IMG/VR virus record: IMGVR_UViG_3300046538_000109
Coordinates: 7,211-71,210 of that record
Strand: one strand, 5' to 3'
From: a virus
DNA length: 64,000 nt
Shown: positions 56,053 to 64,000 of the stretch, piece by piece
Layout of the letters: each line of letters opens with the position of its first letter
Position numbering within the stretch: the first letter of the stretch is position 1
The notes under the pieces: model-generated
The model's database searches: none
Seen by the model: only the letters and a program-made list of their open reading frames with translations
Told to the model about the DNA's origin: nothing
Translations under genes and position numbers: made by a program

Positions 56053-56913
56053 ATGCCGTTGACGCTGACCTTCATCCACCCGGCGATCGCGGTGACGGTG
56101 CTGGCGGCGCAGGCGACCAGCACCTATGTACAGCCGGTGGCCGGCGTGGCCGCCGTCCTCATGGCGGTAAGCGCCTATACGGATGCGCGGCCGATGAATT
56201 TCGAGATGGCCGACGACGTCAACGCGATCGACCTGGCGACGATCGCCGTCAACAAGCTGCTGGCCGACACCGCACTGGCTGGCGACGGCCTCGCCCTGGC
56301 CGTGACCAAGGCGCTGCAAGATGCCGCAGCCGCGACCGACGTGCTGGCCAGAGTGGTCCAGTTCTACCGAACGTTCGCCGAGGTCGCAGCCGCCAGCGAC
56401 GTTGCCGTGCTGGCGACCGTCAAGGTGCTGGCGGAGGCGGTCACCGCCGCCGACGCGACACAAGTCACCACCAGCAAGGAGCTGGCCGACGCTGCGGCGG
56501 GCAGTGACGCGGCCACGCTTGCCACCGTCAAGGCGCTGGCGGAGGCGGTCACCGCCACCGACGCGACACAGGTCACCACCGGCAAGGAGTTGGCCGACGC
56601 TGCGGCGGGCAGTGACGCGGCCACGCTTGCCACCGTCAAGGCGCTGGCGGAGGCGGTCACCGCCACCGACGCGACACAAGTCACCACCGGCAAGGCGCTG
56701 ACCGACACCGTCAACGCGAGCGAATCCGTGCAACTCGGCGCCGACAAGGAGTTGGCCGACGCTGTGGCGGGCAGTGACGCGGCCACGCTTGCCACCGTCA
56801 AGGCCACCAGCGACACAGCCGCAGCAACAGAAGCCGGCAGCGTCCGCATGACCAGCTACGCCGACATCACTTATTTTGCCGACGACTTTGTCGGCACCTC
56901 CACCACCTTCTAA
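56053..56913 (+). CDS. Hypothetical structural protein with ~4 tandem 36-aa repeats (ATVKALAEAVTATDATQVTTGKELADAAAGSDAATL)
   Basis: 108-bp tandem repeats at ~56400-56830 read directly. Confidence 0.45.
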   Translation: MPLTLTFIHPAIAVTVLAAQATSTYVQPVAGVAAVLMAVSAYTDARPMNFEMADDVNAIDLATIAVNKLLADTALAGDGLALAVTKALQDAAAATDVLARVVQFYRTFAEVAAASDVAVLATVKVLAEAVTAADATQVTTSKELADAAAGSDAATLATVKALAEAVTATDATQVTTGKELADAAAGSDAATLATVKALAEAVTATDATQVTTGKALTDTVNASESVQLGADKELADAVAGSDAATLATVKATSDTAAATEAGSVRMTSYADITYFADDFVGTSTTF

Positions 56914-56922
56914 AGGAGCACT

Positions 56923-57363
56923 ATGAAACTGAACGAATTACCGCAAGCACTCGGCCAGCTCGACATCAAGTTGTTCGACCAGCACGGCAACCTCAAGGAT
57001 CAGCGCCTGGTCGACAACCTGCTCGTCACCACTGGCCTGAACTGGATGGCGGCGCGGTTTGTCGGCACGCCGACCGCCATGAGCCACATGGCGGTCGGCT
57101 CGGGCGCTGTCGCACCGGCCCTGGCGAATACCACGCTGGGCGCTGAACTCGGCCGCGCCGCGCTGTCGGCGCAGACCTCCGCCGCCAACGTCGCGACCTA
57201 CTCGGCATCCTTCGCTGCCGGCGTAGGTACCGGCGCGGTCACCGAGGCCGGCATCTTCAACGCGGCCGGCGCCGGCACCATGCTCAACCGTGCGACGTTT
57301 GCCGTCGTGAACAAGGGCGCGCTGGACACGATGCAGATTAACTGGACCGTGACCCAGAACTGA
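56923..57363 (+). CDS. Hypothetical virion protein (146 aa)
   Basis: Strong SD AAGGAG. Confidence 0.45.
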   Translation: MKLNELPQALGQLDIKLFDQHGNLKDQRLVDNLLVTTGLNWMAARFVGTPTAMSHMAVGSGAVAPALANTTLGAELGRAALSAQTSAANVATYSASFAAGVGTGAVTEAGIFNAAGAGTMLNRATFAVVNKGALDTMQINWTVTQN

Positions 57364-57372
57364 TAGGCGCCC

Positions 57373-58593
57373 ATGGCAATCACTCTTCGAAGTGTCAAGG
57401 GCACGCCCCTGACGAACGCGGAACTGGACGGCAATTTCACCGACCTGAACAACCAGATTGCATTGAAGGCGGATCTGAACGGCAACGCCGGGCAGAACTT
57501 CAACATGGCCAGCCTGAATGGTGGTGCTTTGAGTGGTATGAATAACCGCATCATCAACGGCGACATGGCCGTAGATCAGCGGTACGCCGGTACGCTTATC
57601 ACTGTCCCGGCGCAATCGTTCCAGTACACGGCGGATCGCTGGCAGGTGGGTAACAACCGAAATTCCGGCGCTATGACGGTTCAGCGCGTTGTCCGTTCCG
57701 CGCCGAGCGTAAGCGCTAACCCGTATGCGCTGCGCATCACCGTTAGCACAGGGAACGCGCTGGCCGCTGGTGATAACACCAACCTGACGCAGTGCATCGA
57801 GGGGCTTAACATCGCTGACTTTGCATGGGGCACTGCTAACGCTAAACCGCTAACGCTGGCATTCTGCGTCACTGCAAGCATTGCCGGCAACTACGCCATC
57901 GCCGTGCGCAACGCTTCGGTGAACCGCTGCTACGTGGCGCACTTTAACGTGGCGAGTGCGGGTGTGGAGCAACTTTGCTCGGTTACAATTCCCGGAGAGA
58001 CGACCGGCAGTTGGAATTCCGACACTGGGCCGGGGGCATACGTGTCGTTCGACCTCGGCATCGGCAGCACGTACAACACCGCCAGCCTTAACACTTGGGT
58101 AACTAGCGGCAACGTATTCGGAAGCACTACCAGTGTTAAGCTAAGCACCGTCACCGGGGCCACGTTTGAAATAACTAACATCCGTGCAGTTGCCGGTTCG
58201 GTAGTGGTGCCTATGGAGTCGATGCCCTTCTCGGTAAAGCTGGCCTTGTGCCAGCGATACTTTGCCAAGACCTTTGCACAGGGCGTAGCAGTAGGCAACA
58301 ACAAAGGCACTACAGGTGCACTGTTCATTGGGCCTACGTCAACAGCCGCCTACTGGTCTGCACGCTGGGAGTTCCCTGTCACCATGCGTACGACGCCGAC
58401 CGTCAATTGCTACAACCCTGATGTCGGTACAGTGGGCTACTGGCGGGATGCAGGGAATGCCTCAGATATCCCGGCAACGCCGTTGGCTACAAGCGATAAG
58501 GCTGTGCAAATCCTGCTGGGTACTGGTGGGCCATACACACCGGCAGCCAGTTCTGCCATTTATCTACAAGTTACAGCCGCTGCGGAGTTTTAA
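57373..58593 (+). CDS. Tail fibre protein
   Basis: N-terminus MAITLRSVKGTPLTNAELDGNFTDLN is the conserved opener of many podo-/siphophage tail-fibre proteins; Gly/Asn/Thr-rich beta-rich remainder. Confidence 0.55.
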   Translation: MAITLRSVKGTPLTNAELDGNFTDLNNQIALKADLNGNAGQNFNMASLNGGALSGMNNRIINGDMAVDQRYAGTLITVPAQSFQYTADRWQVGNNRNSGAMTVQRVVRSAPSVSANPYALRITVSTGNALAAGDNTNLTQCIEGLNIADFAWGTANAKPLTLAFCVTASIAGNYAIAVRNASVNRCYVAHFNVASAGVEQLCSVTIPGETTGSWNSDTGPGAYVSFDLGIGSTYNTASLNTWVTSGNVFGSTTSVKLSTVTGATFEITNIRAVAGSVVVPMESMPFSVKLALCQRYFAKTFAQGVAVGNNKGTTGALFIGPTSTAAYWSARWEFPVTMRTTPTVNCYNPDVGTVGYWRDAGNASDIPATPLATSDKAVQILLGTGGPYTPAASSAIYLQVTAAAEF

Positions 58594-58596
58594 TCC

Positions 58597-59055
58597 ATGT
58601 ACAAACTATCAAACAACCCTGACTTCATCGTGCATTTGGACGATGGTGCAATTATCCCTATGGATGCCGGAAATTCCGATTACGCTGCATACTTGGCATG
58701 GGTGGATGCTGGCTACACCCCGGCGCCACCAGAGGGTCCGGACTCCGCCACGCTGCTGAAGCTGGGCGAGGTAGCCATCCAGAAGGTAATGGACGAAATG
58801 GCGCGCACGCGAGGTTACGACGACATCAAGAGTGCCTGCGCATACGCGAGTCCTACGCCTGTTGTTGCTGAGGATTCGCCCCTTTTTGAGCGCTGCGAGC
58901 GCTTCCGCATCGAGGGCAATGCGCTGCAACAGTGGATGGCGCAGACGTGGGCCAAGGCTTACGACTATCTTGACCTCGTGGCAGCGGGTCAGCATCCGAT
59001 GCCTACGCCAGATGAGGCGGTGGCCATGATGCCTGCATTCTCTTGGCCGGGTTGA
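58597..59055 (+). CDS. Hypothetical protein following the tail fibre (possible fibre assembly/chaperone)
   Basis: Position only. Confidence 0.35.
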   Translation: MYKLSNNPDFIVHLDDGAIIPMDAGNSDYAAYLAWVDAGYTPAPPEGPDSATLLKLGEVAIQKVMDEMARTRGYDDIKSACAYASPTPVVAEDSPLFERCERFRIEGNALQQWMAQTWAKAYDYLDLVAAGQHPMPTPDEAVAMMPAFSWPG

Positions 59056-59059
59056 CCGA

Positions 59060-59356
59060 ATGACGTGGCTAAAACGCTTCATTATCCTGCTGATCCTATG
59101 GCCCGCCTGTGTCGCAGCATCGGCGATTTCTTCCGCCCTGATGCTGAGTGCGATCATCTTCAACCACGGCCGGGCATGGACGCTGGCCATCGCGCATGAC
59201 CAGCTGGCCAACGCCGCGACCGGCGGCAGTGAGGATGAAACGATCAGCAGCCGCGCCAATCGCGCCAGCCTGAAAGGGCGGCGCTGGGGTTGTCTGCTGT
59301 GCCGGCTGCTGGACCACATCGACAAAGACCACTGCCGCAGAGCGACTGGCACCTGA
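59060..59356 (+). CDS. Small membrane protein (98 aa)
   Basis: N-terminal TM FIILLILWPACVAASAISSALMLSAIIF. Confidence 0.35.
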   Translation: MTWLKRFIILLILWPACVAASAISSALMLSAIIFNHGRAWTLAIAHDQLANAATGGSEDETISSRANRASLKGRRWGCLLCRLLDHIDKDHCRRATGT

Positions 59357-59408
59357 TCCCCCACCTTGACCCGCTTCGGCGGGTTTTTCTTTTTGAAACA
59401 GGATCCAC

Positions 59409-59756
59409 ATGGCAGAGCCAGTATCAACCCTCGCTGCAATCCTCGCCGCCATCGGCAAATGCGCACTGTCGTTCCTTCCGGGCGCGGCCGGCGCGGCCGT
59501 CTCGCTCAAGTTCTTGGGCGACAACCTCACGCTGTCGCAAAAGCTGATCTCGTTCATGGTCGGCTTCGCCTGCGCCGTGTTCATCGGCCCGGCGCTGATC
59601 GAGTTCTTCGACATCAGCGGTGCCCGCGTGCATTCTGGCGTGGAATTCCTCGTCGGCCTGTTTGCCTTGGCCACCACCCGCGAGTTGTTCACCGAGATCA
59701 ATTCGGCCGACCTGGTCGGCGCCTTGAAGCGCCGTTACCTGGGAGCCGATCAATGA
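59409..59756 (+). CDS. Putative holin (115 aa, 3 hydrophobic segments)
   Basis: TM-rich small protein directly upstream of the endolysin. Confidence 0.45.
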   Translation: MAEPVSTLAAILAAIGKCALSFLPGAAGAAVSLKFLGDNLTLSQKLISFMVGFACAVFIGPALIEFFDISGARVHSGVEFLVGLFALATTRELFTEINSADLVGALKRRYLGADQ

Positions 59757-59890
59757 TAATCAAGACCGCTGCCGCACTCGTCCTCGCCACCTGCGTCTGG
59801 GGCGTGCTTGACCACCGCATCAAGACACGCACCGTCGGCACCCTGGCGCTCTCCCTGATCGGCATTCTCTCCCTCATGCACCTACTATGA
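59753..59890 (+). CDS. Small membrane protein (45 aa), possible second holin/antiholin component
   Basis: MIIKTAAALVLATCVWGVLDHRIKTRTVGTLALSLIGILSLMHLL; ATGA overlaps with both neighbours. Confidence 0.3.
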   Translation: MIIKTAAALVLATCVWGVLDHRIKTRTVGTLALSLIGILSLMHLL

Positions 59891-60546
59891 TTACCCTCGA
59901 CCAGTTGATCAAGATCATGCCGGATGCCCGCTCTCGAGCGGGTATTTTTTTGGCTCCGCTCAATGCCGCCATGGCCGAGTTCGGCATCAACACGAAAGCG
60001 CGCCAGGCGCCGTTCCTTGCCCAGTTCGCGAATGAAACCGGGCAACTGGCATCGGTGGCCGAAAACCTCAACTACACCCCGCAGGCGATCATCGCCACCT
60101 TCAATCGCAAGGTGCAGCGCTTCACGCCCGCCCAGGCGGAACAGTACGGCCGCACCAAGGCGCACGCGGCCAATCAGGAAATGATCGCCAACATCGCCTA
60201 CGCAAACCGGATGGGCAACGGCGCGCCGGAAACCGGCGACGGCTGGCGGCATCGCGGATCCGGGGGTATCCAGCTGACCGGCAAGGACAACCAGCGAACC
60301 TGCGCCGCCCACTTCGGCATCCCGACCGGGCAGATCGGCGAGTGGTTGCGCACGCCCGAGGGCGCCTGTCGTTCGGCCGCCTGGTTCTGGCAGCGCGCCG
60401 GCTGCAACGAGATGGCCGACAGGTACGACTTCGATGCCGTGTCGGACGCGGTCAACATCGGCCACGATACCGCCGCCGAGGGCGATGCGATCGGCTACGG
60501 CGACCGCCTGGCCTTCAACATCGTCGCCAATCGGGTGCTCGCATGA
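59887..60546 (+). CDS. Endolysin, glycoside hydrolase family 19 (chitinase-like)
   Basis: APFLAQFANETGQLASVAEN matches the GH19 catalytic-region signature of phage endolysins; 219 aa. Confidence 0.8.
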   Translation: MITLDQLIKIMPDARSRAGIFLAPLNAAMAEFGINTKARQAPFLAQFANETGQLASVAENLNYTPQAIIATFNRKVQRFTPAQAEQYGRTKAHAANQEMIANIAYANRMGNGAPETGDGWRHRGSGGIQLTGKDNQRTCAAHFGIPTGQIGEWLRTPEGACRSAAWFWQRAGCNEMADRYDFDAVSDAVNIGHDTAAEGDAIGYGDRLAFNIVANRVLA

Positions 60547-61016
60547 TCCGCCAGCTGGGCGCGGCGATCGCGCTCGCGGCGGCCGCGTTTTGCGCTGGCC
60601 AGTGGCGCGAGAGCCTGGCCGGCGCGGCCCGCATGGAGCTGGCCGACGGCATCGCCAAAGCCACGCTCGAGAACGCCACCGCGCGCGCGCTGAAAGCCGA
60701 GAAAGCCCTGGCCGATTCCCATTCGGCCATTGATAACGACCTCAAATCAGGAAAAGCCAATGCGAAAACCGCTATTGATTCTTTGCGTGCTGACGTGCGC
60801 AGCGGCGCTGAGCGCCTGTCAGTCCCCACCCGTTCGTGTAGTCCAGCCCCCGCCAGTGGCAGTGCCGCCACTGGGGATCCAGAAGCGCGTGCCGAACTCC
60901 TGCCAGCGACTGCTCTCGAGCTTATCGACATCGCCGCAGACGGCGACGACGCGGTGCGCGAGCTCAACGCCTGCGTCGACAAATACAACGCGGTAAGGAA
61001 TGGCATCCACCCGTAA
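60543..61016 (+). CDS. Rz-like i-spanin
   Basis: N-terminal TM (LGAAIALAAAAFCAG) then periplasmic coiled coil; start overlaps the endolysin stop (ATGA); contains an embedded +1-frame lipoprotein gene. Confidence 0.6.
   Translation: MIRQLGAAIALAAAAFCAGQWRESLAGAARMELADGIAKATLENATARALKAEKALADSHSAIDNDLKSGKANAKTAIDSLRADVRSGAERLSVPTRSCSPAPASGSAATGDPEARAELLPATALELIDIAADGDDAVRELNACVDKYNAVRNGIHP
60760..60996 (+). CDS. Rz1-like o-spanin embedded in the i-spanin gene
   Basis: MRKPLLILCVLTCAAALSAC lipobox then Pro-rich QSPPVRVVQPPPVAVPP; entirely within the Rz-like gene in another frame. Confidence 0.5.
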   Translation: MRKPLLILCVLTCAAALSACQSPPVRVVQPPPVAVPPLGIQKRVPNSCQRLLSSLSTSPQTATTRCASSTPASTNTTR

Positions 61017-61032
61017 CGGCCGAGTCACCAGT

Positions 61033-61058
61033 TCAAGCCCGCCGTGTGCGGGCTTTTT
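61033..61058 (+). terminator. Intrinsic terminator after the lysis cassette
   Basis: AAGCCCGC-cgtgt-GCGGGCTT + TTTTTTT. Confidence 0.55.
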
Positions 61059-61073
61059 TTATCTCCGGGCACC

Positions 61074-62669
61074 ATGATCTCAATTTCCAATTTCGGCGGC
61101 ATGATGCCGCTGCTCAATCCCGTCATGCTGCCGAACACGGCCGCGCAAATGGCGCGCAACTGCACGCTCTGGCATGGCGACCTGCGCCCGCTCAAGGCGC
61201 CCTTGCCGGTGCTGACGCCGGCCGCGATCGGCGCCACGATCCGCAGCATCTACCGGATCGGCATGACGTTGCCAGAGACGCAGTACTGGATGGCGTGGGC
61301 TGGCGACGTCAATGTCGTGCGCGGCATGATCGCCGGCGACACGTCCGAACGCACCTACTTCACCGGCGACGGCGTGCCAAAGGTGACGAACCTGCAAATG
61401 GCGACACAGGGCGGCGCGCGCTACCCGGTCAATGCGTTCACCTTGGGCGTGCAAGCCCCGACGCAGGCGCCGGCGTGCGTCCCCAGCAGCATCGTCGCTC
61501 CCGTCGAAACCCGGGTCTACGTCTACACGTACGTGACGGCCTGGGGCGAAGAGGGCGCGCCGTCGCCACCTACGCGGATCGTGGTCAGCGAAAGCGGCAC
61601 CGTGCAGCTGTCGGCCCTGAGCACGGCGCCGGGCGGCAACCACAACATCGTGGCCAAGCGGATCTACCGGAGCGTGCAAGCCGCCACCGGTGGCGCGCTT
61701 TACGAGTTCGCTGCCGAAATCCCGGACGCCAATGTCGTCTTCAACGACATCCTCAAGCCTACCGAGCTGGGCGAAGAACTCACTACGCTGAGCTATGCCG
61801 AGCCGCCTGACGGACTGGCCGGACTGATCGCGCTGCCGAACGGCATCATGGCCGGCTTCGACGGGTACGACCTGTATTTCTGCGAGCCGTTCCTGCCGTA
61901 CGCATGGCCGGAAAAGTACCGCCTGACGGCCGACTACCCGATCGTCGGACTGGGCGTATTCGGCTCCAGTCTGCTGGTGTGCACCAAAGGCGCGCCCTAC
62001 CTCGTCACCGGCGTGCACCCGGACAGCATGAGCATGGAGCGCATCGAACTGGATCAGGCCTGCGTGTCGAAGCGCTCGATCGTGTCGATTGGCGGCGGCG
62101 TCATGTACGCGTCCCCGGACGGCCTGGTGTATGTCGGCGCCGGCGGGTCGCGCATCGTGACCCAGGGCCTGTACACCCGCGAGGAATGGCAGGCGCTCAA
62201 CCCGAGCACGATAGATGGCTATTTTCACGACGGCAAGTACGTCGCCCTGTATGCCGGCGGCGGCTTCATCCTCAATTCAATCGAGGATGCCAGCCTGACC
62301 GTGTTTGACGAAGCGGTTACCGCCGGCTACGCCGATCCGGTCAACGACACGCTCTATCTGGCCATCGGGGGCGTGATCACCAAATTCAACGCCGGTGTCG
62401 ACAAGCAGTACACCTGGCGCTCCAAGAAATTCGTCTTTTCGGCCCGCCCCGGGCCTGGGTGCGCGCGCGTCGACGCCGATTCCTACCCCGTCACCCTGAA
62501 CCTGTACGCGGATGGCGCGCTGTTCCATACCCGATCGGTGACGGACGAGCGGGTATTCCGCCTGCCTGGCAACTATCGCCCGCGTGAAGTTGAATTCGAG
62601 CTGGTCGGCACGCCACGCGTGCGCCTGCTCAGCATCGCGGACCGACCCGAGGAGTTGAAGATTGCTTAA
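61074..62669 (+). CDS. Hypothetical virion/tail protein (531 aa)
   Basis: Long ORF upstream of the J-like fibre gene; the track start (61044) lies inside the terminator, so the start is set to ATG 61074. Confidence 0.45.
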   Translation: MISISNFGGMMPLLNPVMLPNTAAQMARNCTLWHGDLRPLKAPLPVLTPAAIGATIRSIYRIGMTLPETQYWMAWAGDVNVVRGMIAGDTSERTYFTGDGVPKVTNLQMATQGGARYPVNAFTLGVQAPTQAPACVPSSIVAPVETRVYVYTYVTAWGEEGAPSPPTRIVVSESGTVQLSALSTAPGGNHNIVAKRIYRSVQAATGGALYEFAAEIPDANVVFNDILKPTELGEELTTLSYAEPPDGLAGLIALPNGIMAGFDGYDLYFCEPFLPYAWPEKYRLTADYPIVGLGVFGSSLLVCTKGAPYLVTGVHPDSMSMERIELDQACVSKRSIVSIGGGVMYASPDGLVYVGAGGSRIVTQGLYTREEWQALNPSTIDGYFHDGKYVALYAGGGFILNSIEDASLTVFDEAVTAGYADPVNDTLYLAIGGVITKFNAGVDKQYTWRSKKFVFSARPGPGCARVDADSYPVTLNLYADGALFHTRSVTDERVFRLPGNYRPREVEFELVGTPRVRLLSIADRPEELKIA

Positions 62670-64000
62670 AGTTCCTAGCATCCCATCGGTATCGTCGCGG
62701 ATCCCGGCCGAGATCGGCGCGCTCCTGCGCCCGATGCGCGAGATTCTGACTGCGTTCACCGCCGGCAGCGGCGTGGCGATGAAAAGCGATCTTCTGGCGA
62801 CCAAGATCCCGGACCCGACCGGCTGGATTGCCGACGGCACCGACTCGTCCACCCCACCAGGGCCGACCGGGCTCTCTGTCAGCGGCGCGCTGGCCAACAT
62901 CATCCTGAGCTGGGATCCGGTTATCTACAAGAACCTGTCGCACACCGAGATCTGGCGCGCCCAGACGGACGATTTCGCGCTGGCACAGATGATCGGCCGC
63001 GGCGAAGGCCGAAGCTACGTCGACAGCATTGGCGGCTCGGCGGTGCGCTACTACTGGATCCGCCACATCTCGCGCGCGAATGTCCAAGGGCCGTTCAACG
63101 CGCAGGCGGGCACGCGCGGCGAAACCGGCACCGACCCGGCCTATCTCCTGCAGCTGATGCTCAATAAACTGGGTTACGACCAGTTCGACAGCGCCGCAGG
63201 AGTGTTCCCGGTGCGCACCGAGACGGCGCTGCCGGCCCTGCCACACGCGAAATACCCCGTCGGCGTGCTGGTCATGCTCACCACCGATGGCAAGCTCTAC
63301 CGCAACGTGGCGAATGTGTGGACCGCAGCCGTTCCAGCGGCCGATATTACCGGCCAGCTCACCGACGCCCAACTCGGCTCGATCGATGCCGCCAAGGTGG
63401 CCGGGCAGCTCACCAATGCCCAGATCGCCGCGATCGCGTCGACCAAGATCACCGGCCAGCTCACCGACGCCCAACTCGGCTCGATCGATGCCGCCAAGGT
63501 GGCCGGGCAGCTCACCAATGCCCAGATCGCCGCGATCGCGTCGACCAAGATCACCGGCCAGCTCACCGACGCCCAGGTGGCGGCAATCGCCGCCGCGAAG
63601 GTGACTGGACAGATCGCCGGTACGCAGATCACGGACGGCGCTATCTCGACAGCTAAAATCGCCGCCGGCGCCGTCACCGCCAACCAGATCGCCGCCGACA
63701 CCATCACGGCAGCGCAAATCGCCGCTTCCGCCATCACCGCAACCGAACTGAGCGCGGGCGCCGTCACCACCGCCAAGCTCGCAGCGGGCGCCGTCACCGC
63801 CGGCGAGCTGGCAGCGGGCGCGGTCACGACCGTGAAGCTCGCCGCCGGCGCAGTCACCGCCAACGAGATCGCGGCCGACACCATCACGGCGGCGCAAATC
63901 GCCGCTTCCGCCATCACCGCAACCGAACTAAGCGCGGGCGCCGTCACCACCGCCAAGCTCGCGGCGGGCGCCGTCACCGCCGGCGAGCTGGCAGCGGGCG
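62662..64000 (+). CDS. Tail fibre / host-specificity protein J-like, partial (runs off the window end)
   Basis: Not in the ORF track because there is no stop in the window. Hand translation from TTG 62662 (SD GGAG 7 nt upstream) gives an FN3-like segment PTGLSVSGALANIILSWDP as in lambda J's central region, then exact tandem repeats ITGQLTDAQLGSIDAAKVAGQLTNAQIAAIASTK x2 and a ~180-bp repeat block. Confidence 0.55.
   Translation, partial: MLKVPSIPSVSSRIPAEIGALLRPMREILTAFTAGSGVAMKSDLLATKIPDPTGWIADGTDSSTPPGPTGLSVSGALANIILSWDPVIYKNLSHTEIWRAQTDDFALAQMIGRGEGRSYVDSIGGSAVRYYWIRHISRANVQGPFNAQAGTRGETGTDPAYLLQLMLNKLGYDQFDSAAGVFPVRTETALPALPHAKYPVGVLVMLTTDGKLYRNVANVWTAAVPAADITGQLTDAQLGSIDAAKVAGQLTNAQIAAIASTKITGQLTDAQLGSIDAAKVAGQLTNAQIAAIASTKITGQLTDAQVAAIAAAKVTGQIAGTQITDGAISTAKIAAGAVTANQIAADTITAAQIAASAITATELSAGAVTTAKLAAGAVTAGELAAGAVTTVKLAAGAVTANEIAADTITAAQIAASAITATELSAGAVTTAKLAAGAVTAGELAAG

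Noticed and set aside
1-64000. CRISPR arrays, rRNA, insertion sequences/transposases
   Set aside because: No short regularly spaced repeats with unique spacers, no rRNA-like conserved stretches and no DDE/transposase-like ORFs seen; the only recombinases are two tyrosine integrases.

Overview
High-GC (~65%) proteobacterial-type DNA; an H-NS/Bv3F-like silencer and KfrA suggest a Burkholderiales-like host. The window looks like a temperate phage or phage-plasmid, not core chromosome. Organisation along the window: (1) 12-17540, one uninterrupted reading frame (>5842 codons, 5' end open past the window start). It encodes a giant multidomain 'polyvalent' protein. Recognisable pieces are an FtsK-gamma-like wHTH, an inorganic-pyrophosphatase-like domain, a C5-cytosine DNA MTase, an N6-adenine DNA MTase fused to an SNF2/DEAH helicase (phage P1 DarB-like module), two HExxH metallopeptidase-like modules, a diphtheria-toxin-like 'YHGT' ART-like domain and a hydrophobic C-terminal region. 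A 98-codon ORF in another frame (6082-6378), with a perfect Shine-Dalgarno and host-like GC3, sits exactly where the giant frame turns low-complexity. (2) 17.6-21.2 kb, a minus-strand operon of small genes: H-NS-like silencer, SprT-like HExxH protein, Cys-rich protein and others. (3) A plasmid-maintenance block: KfrA-like protein, tyrosine recombinase, Rep initiator flanked by two 40-bp palindrome-containing direct repeats, type-Ia ParA/ParB. (4) A lambdoid early region: divergent cI/Cro switch, CII-like, Dam MTase, YbcO-like nuclease, replication protein, Q-like protein. (5) A second integrase followed by an SPFH/band-7 protein and ten co-directional hypothetical genes, ending at a tRNA-Asn. 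(6) Late region: TerS, TerL, T7-like portal, scaffold, capsid, tail fibre with tandem repeats, holin/GH19 endolysin/Rz-Rz1 spanins, a lambda-J-like fibre running off the window end. Several intrinsic terminators and operator-like palindromes are mapped. No CRISPR array or rRNA was seen. All homology calls are motif recall by eye; no searches were run.
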